From contig NC_086109.1 in assembly GCF_963921235.1 (NCBI RefSeq), positions 32,118,001 to 32,182,000 of the forward strand: 64,000 bases of DNA, written 5' to 3'. Below, piece by piece: positions 1-12,279 of this stretch. Numbering within the stretch: position 1 is the stretch's first letter; the number at the start of each line of letters is the position of its first letter. The position numbers and the translations under genes are program-made. A model generated the notes under the pieces. The model was not told where the DNA came from, did not search any database, and saw only the letters and a program-made list of their open reading frames with translations. The DNA comes from Mobula hypostoma. Lineage: Eukaryota.

Positions 1-1216
1 CAATACACAGATCAATGAGACAATACACAGATCAACGAGACAAACTAGACAATACACAGATCAACGAGACAAACTAGACAATGCACAGATCAACGAGACA
101 AACTAGACAATGCACAGATCAACGAGACAAACTAGACAATACACAGATCAATGAGACAAAGTAGACAATACACAGATCAATGAGACAAAGTAGACAATGC
201 ACAGATCAATGAGACAAAGTAGACAATGCACAGATCAATGAGACAGGCTAGACAATACACAGATCAATGAGACAGGCTAGACAATACACAGATCAATGAG
301 ACAAATTAGACAATACACAGATCAATGAGACAGGCTAGACAATACACAGATCAATGAGACAATGCACAGATCAACGAGACAAAGTAGACAATACACAGAT
401 CAATGAGACAAAGTAGACAATGCACAGATCAATGAGACAAAGTAGACAATACACAGATCAATGAGACAAAGTAGACAATGCACAGATCAATGAGACAAAG
501 TAGACAATGCACAGATCAATGAGACAGGCTAGACAATACACAGATCAATGAGACAGGCTAGACAATACACAGATCAATGAGACAAATTAGACAATACACA
601 GATCAATGAGACAGGCTAGACAATACACAGATCAATGAGACAAAGTAGACAATGCACAGATCAATGAGACAAACTAGACAATGCACAGATCAATGAGACA
701 AAGTAGACAATGCACAGATCAATGAGACAAAGTAGACAATGCGCAGATCAATGAGACAAAGTAGACAATACACAGATCAATGAGACAAAGTAGACAATGC
801 ACAGATCAATGAGACAAAGTAGACAATACACAGATCAATGAGACAAATTAGACAATACACAGATCAATGAGACAAAGTAGACAATGCACAGATCAATGAG
901 ACAGGCTAGACAATACACAGATCAATGAGACAAAGTAGACAATGCACAGATCAATGAGACAAATTAGACAATACACAGATCAATGAGACAGGCTAGACAA
1001 TACACAGATCAACGAGACAGGCTAGACAATACACAGATCAATGAGACAAATTAGACAATACACAGATCAATGAGACAGGCTAGACAATACACAGATCAAC
1101 GAGACAAAGTAGACAATACACAGATCAACGAGACAAAGTAGACAATGCACAGATCAATGAGACAAAGTAGACAATACACAGATCAATGAGACAAAGTAGA
1201 CAATGCACAGATCAAC
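1..1216. repeat. 29-bp minisatellite, GACAAT(A/G)CACAGATCAA(T/C)GA + GACA(AAG/AAC/GGC/AAT)TA, running off the left edge of the window
   Basis: About 40 head-to-tail units are visible directly. Only a few positions vary and there are no unique spacers. Confidence 0.97.
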
Positions 1217-1585
1217 AAGGCAAACTCGTCATTCTGGTTTCCCGCAGTGGAGCTGTATTTGAGAAAATTTAGTCAAATTCTATCTGAGGAAGGAAAAGGG
1301 TCTGAGAATTTGCAAAGTAACATCTCAGCAAATCAAAACTACATTTCAGAAACTACAGAAGATAAGGCAGACGGGTGAACATTTTTGAGGAGGAGAAGAT
1401 TTCACTTCATATGGAAACTTAATTGAGTCCCGAGGTGAAGATAAAATGGAATAAAGCTGATCTAGGAAAATGCTGGAATGGTCATTGACTGAACCGGAAG
1501 AGAAACAAAACATCAAAGCAGGAAGTTAAGATATGTTTATACTGAAGAGGGCAGAGTAAAGTTAAGAATGGTTAAGATTTGCTAA

Positions 1586-2170
1586 GGACGTGGCCTGGAA
1601 GACTAGTGCGCCTTCAGGGTGCTGGATTTTCATGGCTCTGGAGACGGGCTGACTGAAGCATCATGGGAGAACATGGAACATTGGGAGCTGCTGGCCGTGT
1701 GCCCACAGTCCTGAGCCTTTCCAGGGTGATTCTCTGGGTGCAGGGCTTGGAAAAAGCAATGTAACAGACTTTATCATAAACTAGAGAGTTGTTTGTTATG
1801 TCTCCTTTCTCTCTGTGAAACGGAAACACCTCTTTTTCTCTGATTAGGAACAGAGAGAGCCTGTGGTATGTCGAATTACGGGGTGAATGAGTAGTCTTTG
1901 GGGTACTTCATGTCTGTGTGTTTATCGATGCTTTGCTGCATGCTTGAGTGCTTGGTGGAGGGCAATGATGCTTTTTTGCTGGTGGGGGGAATGTTACTTT
2001 GCTGCTGCTTGTACGTGGGAGGAGAGAGCTGGGATGCTTTGGTGTTCTAACATTTAACTGTCATTCACTCTTTAGGGCACTCCTCTGTTGTCATGGATGT
2101 TTGCAAAAAAAGAAGAATTTCTGGATGCACATTGTATACATTTCTCTGACATTAAATGTACCTATTGAAC
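1586..2170 (+). mobile_element. Non-autonomous retroelement with a Rex1/L2-like 3' tail
   Basis: Ends ...AAGAAGAATTTCTGGATGCACATTGTATACATTTCTCTGACATTAAATGTACCTATTGAAC, which resembles the LINE-type 3' tails repeated elsewhere in the window (26150-26225, 55170-55250). The 5' boundary is uncertain. Confidence 0.4.
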
Positions 2171-2619
2171 TAAATTTGAACTTATCTTGAGGTCATATTA
2201 CTTACAACTGCTGAAAGATATATTGAGCTACTTTCAATATCTTACTTGGAAAGGCAAAGTACAAAAGCTTACGACTTGCACAGCTTACTGCTGGGTGATT
2301 ATTCTTAGACCTGTGTTATCCAGTTTTCTCTGCATCCAAGACGTAAGGCCTCTCTCAGTCCTGGGTTCTTTGCTTTTCGAGAGTTCAATATGGAGTTAAG
2401 TCGTATTTCCAGGACACATATTCGTTCTGTTGGTTTGTTTTCTCCCAGTGAGATAGCACCACATCAATTGTCTCTTTCATGTCTGAGCCATTCCTGTCCC
2501 ATTGAAAATGGACTAATGATTGCCACAATGTCATCCCCATTCTCCACCCCACCAATTGAGTAGGCCCCTAGAAAATGGTATTGAGTCAATAATTGATGTG
2601 GAATTGATTGCCCCTGACA

Positions 2620-4500
2620 ATTCATTCCTACATTCACTCTCTATCATATTTTAGGACACTGATTATCTCATTACCATAATAATGGCCAACTCTTCAGATG
2701 TAATTGAAATTCTGGATGCCTTTGGGGATGGCTAATGGACCCATTATTTCTTAAGGCACTGTTTACTAGACCTCTGAGACCCTAGGACTTTACAAAGGAA
2801 GATAATTTCCAAATTTATGGCTGATGCTTAGTGAGGCTAGGAGAATGTTACAGATGGGTAATGTGTCTTATCTCACACCAGCCTGGTTCCAACCTTGCAC
2901 TTATGTTTATTTTAAAGAGTCTTAATTACCACTGATGGCTTCTCAAAACAATTCATGACTCAGATTTCTGTAATTAATCAATTCTAGAGATTCATTCCTT
3001 CCATTAAGTCATTATCAATGTCCTTGCTTATAACTTCCTCACATTTTCAGAGAATTTCACAACCCATTAACCACCACTTTGAGGAGTCACTTCCACATGT
3101 TGGCTAAAGCTGAATACAGTGTTCATTCTTCTATTCTGTAATGGTAGTTTTAACCCTCTGACAGCATACAGTTTCCCAGAAGTGGGGAGAAGCAGAAAAA
3201 TAAATGGAACTATTAAAGCAGAAGGTTGTCACTCATTGAACTGAGGACCATGCACAACAGAAGGTGGAAGAAAGGTAATTACTTTGTATTATTTGTTAAG
3301 GATCTGCCATACAAGATGATGCTGGCTGAGCAATTGCTATCATACATACATGAAGGGTAACCTGAATGCTGGGAATTGTGGTCCATGTTCTCTTTAAGCC
3401 TACTTGCTCTGTCCATTTCCTTTCTCATCAATCTCCTTCACACCTGGGCTTTCAGAGTGTGGACTCATTTTCAGTCCTGATGCACCATGAAGCTCCCATT
3501 CCTGAAGTCTTGGTTGATTTCCTTGCCCACAACTTGTAGACACCTTTATATTTTCAGTACTTTTTTTTCCAAAAGATGCCATGCATACCCATATTTATCT
3601 ACTGTTTTGTCAGAATTTGCCATCTCATTATCAGCACACTTGCAACTTACCATGTTTGTACCGTTCACCGAATATGCTGTCCACAGCAGTGATCAACCTG
3701 TCACCTTGTATATCTTGGCCCTATTCTATTGCTGCTCCTGCAGCACCTTAATGCTCAAATACGATAAGCACGAGATCCTAAAGTCCCAAGCCAACTCACC
3801 ACAATAAGTGAATTACATTTTTACCTCATTAATGCACTCGTAATAAGTTTACAGGCTAACAAACAGTATCATAGCAGGGTTTATAACGTAGAAATACCAG
3901 TTACCCGAAATTGTACAAGAGAGATTTGAGCTATAGAGGCAGGTTGCATGTTTTGGTGGTACCTAGGCCTGGCCTATGAAGATAGACAAGATATCTTGTT
4001 AGATGAAAAAAGAGAAAGGATATTTTCCTTATGTGAACCTCCACTGAGTCAAAGAAATAAGAAGGGAATTTGAAAGTGTCCTTATGCAGCAATGAAACAA
4101 CTCCTCCTTAGCACGTCAGCAGTATGTGCTCTTTACAAGGTGGTGAAATCTCAAGACCTCTGGCAGGAGATCCAATTCCAGAAAGCCACTGGCACTCTGT
4201 GTGTTGTAGGACTGAATATTGAGTTCTTTAGTTGAAGCAGAGGCCAAGATACATGTTGCAAAAAACAAAAGCCCCACAGCAAAGATTCAAAAGGAATAGA
4301 AAAGGAAGAAACCATTTCAGTGTTCAGGACAGTGTGAAATCAATAGGCAACCCATGTAGCAACTCTTACCAATGAATTCATTGTGTGTTCCCTGCACCAA
4401 AATTGTCTGTATGAGCGCATCTTTTGGAGGTAATACTTTGAGGCATTAGAATTTCTGTTAAAACTCAGGTGGACTGTTTTGTGTGTGCAAATGACAACAG
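2620..4500 (+). mobile_element. Highly decayed endogenous retrovirus-like relic (integrase and possible Env TM remnants)
   Basis: Collinear degenerate motifs: LHSL (about 2628), LITTDGFSKQ (2922-2951; cf. integrase LVxVDxFSKW), TAY...KINGTIK (3161-3217; cf. TAYHPQSSGQVERMNGTLK) and ALEFLLK/SGGLFC (4443-4482; cf. Env immunosuppressive domain ALDFLLAxxGGxC). Frameshifts are needed to join them. Confidence 0.45.
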
Positions 4501-5434
4501 AGAATGGTGATCAATATCAGGCAATGCTATAATCTATTCAAAGTTACGAAGATAATTTTGTTAATGGATGATTTTATGGAAGGATTACAGACAGTATGTA
4601 CAAGAGGCTAATGAAGAGGTGAATCCCTGAAATATTAATTGCAGCTTGCACAAGGGACCAAAAGATTGATTACATTCAAAATTTAAGTTGGATTTATATA
4701 TGTATATTAACCTATAACATTATATAAATGCTTAAATGTTGGATGAATTCGTTTACTTGTATTTTCTTTAAAAAGAGAAGTAGTGTGATATATGTTTAAG
4801 GTATGTTTAAGAATTAGCTTATGTCACATTATATGATTCTTGAAAGATTTTCATACCAGAATCTAAACTTTTGTCTGAGTTGCTGCCTTGAGGAAAGAAG
4901 GTTCTGTTTATAGTTTTTCCTCTGTCTCTTTCTTTAATAAAGCAACAAGATAGACAAATCCACAAACACTGCAACAGTTAGTTATTACATTCTTTGCAGA
5001 ATATCACGGCTAACTCAATATATCATTATTTCAATTCAAGGGAAAACATTGAGCAATATTTGGATGGCCTGTTTCCATGCTGACTATTACGTTCATTAAC
5101 TAACAGCCCTGTGACATGTATTATGCTTTTGAACTGTATCATACAAACAGCTGGCCTGCCATTTATGGACAGTGACATCTTGTTGTCTCTTGGGACTAAC
5201 CAGACCATTAAGCCAGTTTCATGGATACACTCTGAGGAGGTTCCGTCTCTCTACCTATGTTGGTGCAGACTCGAGGCACCCATTATCTACTCTTCCTTTT
5301 TTATTGTGTTTTGACACCTCTTGATTTCTTCTAGAAGCTCATTATGATTTTTCAGGATGTCTGAAAGCTATATGTTCTGTATATTAATGTCAACTACCCC
5401 ATGATCCTGTTTTCAATTATTGTGTATGTCTTGG

Positions 5435-6125
5435 TGTATAGGGTGTCAGGGAAGGGTAGCACCTCTGGTATGAAGACCTGTCGTACCTTCCGAGACAGCT
5501 CCTTCACTTTTGGTCCTCACCTGGCACTCAGCTCTCAGTTGTGACTCCAAGTAAGCTGATTGCATGCAAGAGGCTGGCCAAACCAGGTGAGAGTAGCCGT
5601 CGGGTTTTTTTCTGAACCTCAGTGACTTTGGGCTTGTCTACCCAAAGCATGTGAAGACTGGATCGGTGGACTGTGTGGAGGAAACCACCAGCTGGTTCAA
5701 TGGGCAGGAAGATGTTTCCCAGCATGCATTGTGGAGCGCGATGAGCAGGGCAAGACATGTAGATCGTTCTGGTCATCCACTGCATCCTGACCTTTCTCTG
5801 GTCATCTTGACTGTCTTCTCGCTACTGGGTCCAGATAAACTAGGACGAGAGAGTGAGGTTGACGACCTGCGCTACTCTCCCTCACTTTAATCAAACTCAC
5901 GCACAGGTCACGACATTGAATCGCAAAGCTGAAGCAAAAAGGAAATGACAACAGCTGAAAGAATGATCAGCAGCCAACTCAACTACACAACCTTCACAGG
6001 CTTGCACCACATATGGGAGGTATTCCCTACCCACCGGATTAGACTCATCAGTCGCCTCCAGACACACAAATAACAAACACACCTACCCAAGGACCAAGGA
6101 CGTCAGTGGTCCTGATCGCTCACAA
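5435..6125 (+). mobile_element. Internally deleted RTE-clade LINE derivative
   Basis: The 3' part encodes CTTYGR...RIRLISRLQTH (about 6003-6068, one frameshift), matching the RTE C-terminal CxxCGR...RIGLxSHxRTH motif. A UTR-like 5' segment precedes it and a microsatellite follows it. Confidence 0.6.
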
Positions 6126-6133
6126 TGCGCGCG

Positions 6134-6137
<4 letters not shown>

Positions 6138-6180
<43 letters not shown>
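6138..6180. repeat. (CA)n microsatellite
   Basis: Directly visible. Confidence 0.98.
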
Positions 6181-6184
<4 letters not shown>

Positions 6185-6324
6185 AACTAATAGTTGCAAC
6201 TTACTTTTGAAAGGCTCTATTGGATGAATCATTGTGTTTCTTGCACGTTATTAACTGTCTTGTTTAGAGCATGTAAAACTACGTTTAAAAACGGCTTATT
6301 CTGGCTTCTGTCCCCTTCCTTTCC

Positions 6325-6425
6325 AATCTTGATGAAGGGTCATTGGACAAAACATCAACTGTTTATTCCCCTCCATAGATGCTGACTGACTTGTTGAATT
6401 CCTCCAGCATTTTGTTGCGTTGCTT
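6325..6425 (+). mobile_element. Penelope-like pseudo-LTR (pLTR) fragment with degenerate hammerhead
   Basis: TTGATGAAGGGTC...AAAACATCAACTG...ATAGATGCTG...CTCCAGCATTTTG matches the better-preserved copies at 14163 and 35264. Confidence 0.7.
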
Positions 6426-6964
6426 AAAACTGTTTAACCTTCTATGATCTGTCTGATGTAGGAATTTCTTAGAAGGTAAGTATCATTAAGAGACATTTTG
6501 CACCAAGTGTTGGGAGAACATTTGAATTACACTATAAATTAAAGATTTAGCATATGTAATTTTGATTACAGTCCAGTTGTGCAGTGGTGAAGAGTTTCTC
6601 TTCCCACTGTTCCAACAACATCCTGACTGCCAGTGAATTGTTGGACCCAGACGAGAGCACAGCTGAGGGAGGGAGGAGTCCTCTCCTCCCTGGCAAGCTC
6701 TGCCTGAACTCCAAGTTCTTCACATTGAGATGTGAGCTCCTTGGCGTTACACAGAGGTGGCTCAGGAACTGTGTCCCTACCCCTGAAACTTGGGGAGTGA
6801 AGAAATACAATCCTAGACAATTAAACACACAAAAACCAGATGATCATTCTGGTCAGGTTTGTGCCCTGAAATTCATGTCACCAGATAGTTTAGCATTACA
6901 ACTTGGGCATGACCTGAAATCCGTAATTTGTACTTGCACATACAGCCTTCCAACCTAGCGAGTT

Positions 6965-7150
6965 ATTAGGCCCATCATTCCCTATTGTCTCTCATAGCAG
7001 CCCCATTTCCCCAGGTGTAACCACTTTCTCTCAACTGCCCATCAACTCTACTAATTCTCCCACTGAAGATAGGTCAGTGGCTATTTAATATACCAACCTT
7101 CACACTTTTTGGAGCATGAGAGGAGATCAAAGAAAGCCACACGTCATTGT
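6965..7150 (-). mobile_element. Old HE1/V-SINE-like fragment
   Basis: ACCAACCTTCACACTTTTTGGAGCATGAGAGGAGATC resembles the reverse complement of the SINE core seen at 42818-42880. Confidence 0.35.
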
Positions 7151-8107
7151 GTTGTCATTTCTTTACCAAAACATTCAACACCTTTAGATTTATGATGCAT
7201 TAATGCTTCACACCCTTTTACAGGACAGCTATCTCCCACACCAACAAAGCCACAGAGGAAACCATACTGCACAGTTCTTCTCTCCAAAAGTTTATTTTCC
7301 TAAAGCTAAATTTCAGACTTGAAAAACAGGAATTTACAATTGCATTAACTTACTTATTAACATGTTATATTAAAGCAGCTTATTTAGTGCAAAGGGAATC
7401 AAGGGTTATGGAAAACAGATGAGATGCAGGATCAGCAATGAGCTGAAGTTCTACAGCTTCCTCTTTCATGTTCTTAAAAACCTGTCACTTCAAAGGCTAC
7501 TGTGAAAAGCAATATTCAACAAACTGGGAACATTTTGACTTGTGCTGAAAGTGTGCACTCACAAGAAGCTAGAAGACATAAATTGTTCCATTAATATCAC
7601 AGTGATGGTACAAGCACTCTGAATTTTACACACGGTTCTCTCTTTAAACTCAAGCAAAGTGAAGAGGTGCAGGGTGACACATCAGCGCACCCGGTCAAGT
7701 GAAATGTGAGAAGTCTGAGGAGGCAGAGTAATGCAAGAAGAGAACTTTGTGGGCACAGAGTTGGCAGGTAGCAGGGCAAGGCAAAGGAAGATTCCAGAGC
7801 GGAAATGCCAAACTGGCATGGACCCAGCGGAGGACAACTCTGGGAGATCAGTAAGGGAGACGGTAGCTGGAGCTTACGCAGAGATCAAAGGGTGATGGCC
7901 TTCCAGGTGGTTCTCAACGTGGGCCATATGGCACCCTGTGTCAGCATGTCAGATTTCATAGGGGCCACAAGCAAACCGAAGATCTGGAGGCCACAGGAGT
8001 CTCTGAATGGGCCATGATAAGCTTGCTGTTTTAATCAAATATTACTGAAATATATACAGTTAATTAAAAAATGAAGATATGTAATTTAATTGGAACCCTA
8101 AAGGAAA

Positions 8108-8800
8108 TAAGACTGTAAGACCATCAGATACAGGATCAGAATTAGGCCATTTATGGCTCCACCATTTCGTCATTATTAATCCATTTTCCCTCAGCCCTAA
8201 TCTTCTTCTTTCTCTTTGTATCACTTTGTCTCCTAACTAATCAAGAATTTATCAATTTCTGCCTTAAATATACTCAATGACTGGGCCTCCACAGCTGCCT
8301 GTGGCAACGAATTTCACAGATTCACCACTGTCTAGCTAAAGAAATTCCTCCTCATCTCTGTTCTAAAAGGATGCCCCTCTATTCTGAAGCTATGTCCTCT
8401 GGTCTTAGACTCCCCCACCACAGGAAACATCCTCTCCACATCTACACTATCGAGGCCTTTCAATATTCGATAGGTTTTGATGAGGTCACTTTCTCATTCT
8501 TCTGAATTCTAGTGAGTAGAGGCTCAGCACCATCAAATGCTCCTCATATGACAAGCCTTTCAATCTAGTTATTTCATGAAACTCCTTTGAACCCTTTCCA
8601 ATCTCAGTATACTCTTTCTTAGATAAGCGGCTCAAAACTGCTCACAATACTCCAAGTGAGGCCTTACCAGTGCTTTATAAACCCTCAACATTGCCACTTT
8701 GCTTTTATTCTCTATTCCTCTTGAAATGAATGCTAACATTACATTTGCCTTCCTCACCACTGACTCAACCTGCAAATTAACTTTCAGAGAATCCTGTACA
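8108..8800 (-). mobile_element. CR1 LINE 3' fragment
   Basis: Strong similarity to 29351-30050, which has the VRPHLEYC RT C-terminus. (TAAGACCA)-like tail at the left end. Confidence 0.85.
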
Positions 8801-9116
8801 AGGGTGGAAATGAATGGGAAACTATGCTAAATGATGCAAAATGAGGCAGCAAAACAGGTTAGATTGTGTGTGGGGTGTAGCGGGGGGTACGGTACGTTAA
8901 TCATTATCTCTTCTGCTGCTTGACCACACACATATCACCTTTCACACCCTGCAGGGCAGCCTGCTGAGCCCCACTTAACATCCACCCCCAAATCACAAAC
9001 TGTAGATTGGCTGGGGCTGTCTGCAGCAAGGCCAGTCAGCGAGTATGCAGCATGAAGCTGGTTCTGACAGCTTCCACTGAGCCGTGAGTGTTATGTCACT
9101 TATAAAACGTGACATG

Positions 9117-9442
9117 GGGCCGGCTGCTGGCGCAATGACATCAGCGCCGGACTCTGGAACGGAGGTACCCGGGTTCGAACCCAGTCGGAGCCGCTTCCGA
9201 GTGTGCTTTCCATCCGTGCCAGGTTGAGTGTCGAGATCACAACTCGACCTCGTAAAATAAAGGGAAAAATACTGCGAAGTGTCTGTGTGAGGAGTGACGT
9301 GCCGCACAGTCTCTCTCTCGCTCCGTGCCTTGTAAAGGCATGAAAAAGACATCGTCCCGCCAACATTGCATATACACACACGCACGTACGCAGATGCATA
9401 TGCATGCATGCACACGTCAAAAAATAAATAAATGAATAAATA
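9117..9442 (+). mobile_element. tRNA-derived SINE, full length, with TSD
   Basis: Pol III A box TGGCGCAATGA (9128-9138) and B box GGTTCGAACCC (9172-9182), with an A-rich (AAAT)n tail. 15-bp TSD ATAAAA(C/T)GTGACATG at 9102-9116 and 9443-9457. CpGs are retained. Confidence 0.88.
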
Positions 9443-9770
9443 ATAAAATGTGACATGAAGGGTGCAGTTCCTGCAGTGGGGTCATTGGCCAGGAACGGCT
9501 AAACTGCAGAGAGGGGAAAGCACATGTAGTCTACCATTGCATCATTATCTACTACAATTCAACCAGGTATTCATGAACTCACTAGTTTGATTCAATCGCA
9601 AAGATCTCACTAAGTACCCAATGTAACAATATTAAGCGTTTTTTTGTTACTGGCTGGAAGAACGTTTTGCATATTATAAATAAGGTATCCTATTCAGAGA
9701 TTTGAAATAGTTTTATTTTTCATATACTCCTGTAACTTTATATTTAACATATAATAACCCCTATTGTATA

Positions 9771-10413
9771 TTAGATTAGATTAGATTATGAGGACACGCA
9801 GCCCTCTTTTATTGTCATTTAGTAATGCATGCATTAAGAAATGATACAATATTCCTCCAGTGTGATATCACAGAAACACAGAACAGACCAAGACTGAAAA
9901 ACTGACAAAAACCACATAATTATAACATATAGCTACAACAGTGCAAGCAATACCATAACTTGATGAAGAACAGGCCATGGACATGGTAAAAAAAAGTTCA
10001 AAGTCTCTCGAATGTCCCACATCTCACGCAGATGGGAGAAGGAAGAAAACTCTCCCTGCCATGCCCGACCACAGTCGGACCCTGAGTTGTCCGAAAACTT
10101 TGAGCCTCCGACCAGCCATCTGACACCAAGCACCGAGCGCCATCTCTGCCGAGCACTTTGACTCCAGCCCCAGCCACCAGCAGCAGGCAAAGCCGAGGAT
10201 TTTGGGGCCTTCCCTCCGGAGATTCTCGATCGCACAGTAGCAGCGGCAGTGAACCGGGCTTTTCAGAAGTTACTCCAGATGTTCCTCCGTGCTTCTCACG
10301 GCTGTCTCCGTCAAATCAGAATTGTGCACGGTACCCTATTTAACAAATACGATATCATTTCACCAGAGAGCTGCGCGCATTGCATCGCGCCGCCATCTTC
10401 TCCTCCCGCCTCC
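9771..10413 (-). mobile_element. Non-autonomous non-LTR retroelement with (TCTAA)n tail
   Basis: On the minus strand it starts GGAGGCGGGAGGAGAAGATGGCGGCG (CpG-rich head resembling a LINE 5' UTR) and ends in a LINE-like 3' UTR with AATAAA and (TCTAA)n. Flanked by TGTATA at 9765-9770 and 10414-10419. Confidence 0.7.
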
Positions 10414-10689
10414 TGTATAACCTGTTAAAATAATAATTTTATTTACATAGCACCTTTCATACATTAAGATGAAGATGTAACTGTAAAGATAAATCTATAT
10501 AATCATAAGACTAGAAACAAAATTAAAAATCATAAAGACAAATATTATATAGAACAAATGTAATCGAATATACCAAATTATATGACTATAATCAACATCA
10601 AAAGGCATTAAGCAATCCTATAAGTAGGCCAAATTAAAAATTAGGCTATTAGAAGTGTTTTGAAATGTTCCCACAGTACTAGCCTGGGG

Positions 10690-11290
10690 TACCCCATCTG
10701 TAACTGGAGGCGTCTGTTGGTCAGGGTCAACCATAGATGTTGTGTCCTAGCTGTCTAGTTACATGAGCCTGGGCAATACGATGTGGAGAGCAAGCTGTTG
10801 CCCATTAGCAGGCTTCCCCTCTCCATGCAGCTAATGAACCCAAAGGAACAGTGGTGACCGATACAGTTTGGTACCAGCACTGTTACCAGAGTTGCCAGTC
10901 AGTGTTGAACACAATGTAGGACGTAAGGAATCCAGCTCTGAATTTTTCCCTCGGGGTTTACTCCCAAAGCTTTCTCCACGAGTGGGTATAACTGCAAGGC
11001 AGCAGAGGTTTGAGATCAGAGTTTTCCTTCTCCTAGATGAACTGCCAACCACAGCTGACGAGCTCCATCTGCCCCAGGCAGTCGGTTTTAAGGCACCAGG
11101 TACCCACCCTTGCCCTTTCTCCTGTCAGTAGAAACAGTTCTGTCGGGCTTAGTAGCTAAGCCACACATGAAGGCCAGGAGCTGGACTTGGTTGTCAGAGG
11201 CTACTTGAGTTGCACGCCATTGGGAACATTTAATAGGTGATGGGAGCTTGACCCCGTTACCAACCCCAGTTATAACAATCTTAAGGAACC
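10690..11290 (-). mobile_element. RTE-type LINE 5' UTR-derived fragment
   Basis: Minus-strand GGCAGATGGAGCTCGTCAGC...CATCTAGGAGAAGGAAAACTCTGATCTCAAACC resembles vertebrate RTE 5' UTRs (recognised from memory, not searched). Confidence 0.5.
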
Positions 11291-12252
11291 TTAAGTAACT
11301 ATACTAAACACAGATATTGACTGTGGGATAAAAATAATTAGTTGACCAATAAAAACTTTACCAACTAATGAAGACTATGGAGGGCAGGGTCCACAGAGGT
11401 AAATGAAAGTCACAAATGAGCCACGAGCCGAAAACATTGGGAATGACTGGCTTACCCGACCCTGCAGCATGAGCAAGGAACATGAATAGAGTGAAGGGGG
11501 TACTATGTAAGGGACAAGAAATAACATTCGGACACAGTATGAAGGAGGGGAGAACGGGTGACTGGAAGCCAACTGCGCAAAGTGAAGCAGTGTGGAGTGA
11601 CGAGCTAGCGCACCAGGTAGGATCATCTGTGTGAAAAGTCTGAGAACAGAGTACAGGATGGTCTGAGATGTCAGGCTGGGTGGGAGCCTAGCCTGCTGGA
11701 GCTCAGGCAGACCTGACCAGAAAGGGAGATAGCGGGGAAGGGGGGCAGTGTAGTAGGTGGCATTGAGGACCCAGATAGGATGGAGCTCAGGTGGACCTGA
11801 AAATAGAGGGTGAGCTAAGGAAGAGAAATGAATAGCCTGATTGTTATTGCTTATCCCTGAACAAGTGATAAGCAACAATAATCGGCCGCAGTTTGAAAGG
11901 GGAGAGCAGGTAAAGTGAAGAGGTACAGGGAGACGGACCAGCGCACTAGATTGGGTAAAACATGAAATATCTGAGAAGTCAGAGGGAAATGAGAATGAAC
12001 ATAGAGGAGACAAGTGGTCAGGGACAGCACAGGAGCAATAGCAATCAGCCACAGGGAGATTAGAAGTAGAGTAGGCAATATGCAAAGGGTGCAGAAACAG
12101 CAGGGTAAATGGGATCACTGTTCAGAAGTTCAGGGGCAATATAGCAGACTGGTGGATCAAAGGGCTTATTTTTGTACTGCATGATGCTATTGTTGGAGGT
12201 GTGGGTAATGTAGATACCAGCTTGAGAAAATATTTTGCAGTTGTGAAAAGAA

Positions 12253-12279
12253 TTCCAGCATCTGCAGATTTTCTCTTGT
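12253..12279 (+). mobile_element. 27-bp Penelope tail-only insertion with 12-bp TSD
   Basis: TTCCAGCATCTGCAGATTTTCTCTTGT matches the 3' tail of the Penelope copies (e.g. 35863-35892). Flanked by perfect TTGTGAAAAGAA at 12241-12252 and 12280-12291. Confidence 0.75.

Noticed and set aside
1..1216. CRISPR-like repeat/spacer array
   Set aside because: The variable part is only a few recurring 9-bp variants, not unique spacers. There are no cas genes and the context is vertebrate.
9117..9197. tRNA gene
   Set aside because: It has A and B boxes but no clean cloverleaf, and it continues into a body, A-rich tail and TSD, so it is a SINE head.
11375..12118. 247-aa minus-strand ORF
   Set aside because: The L/S/P/F-rich translation comes from the antisense of a purine-rich tract that is naturally poor in stop codons. 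No recognisable domain.
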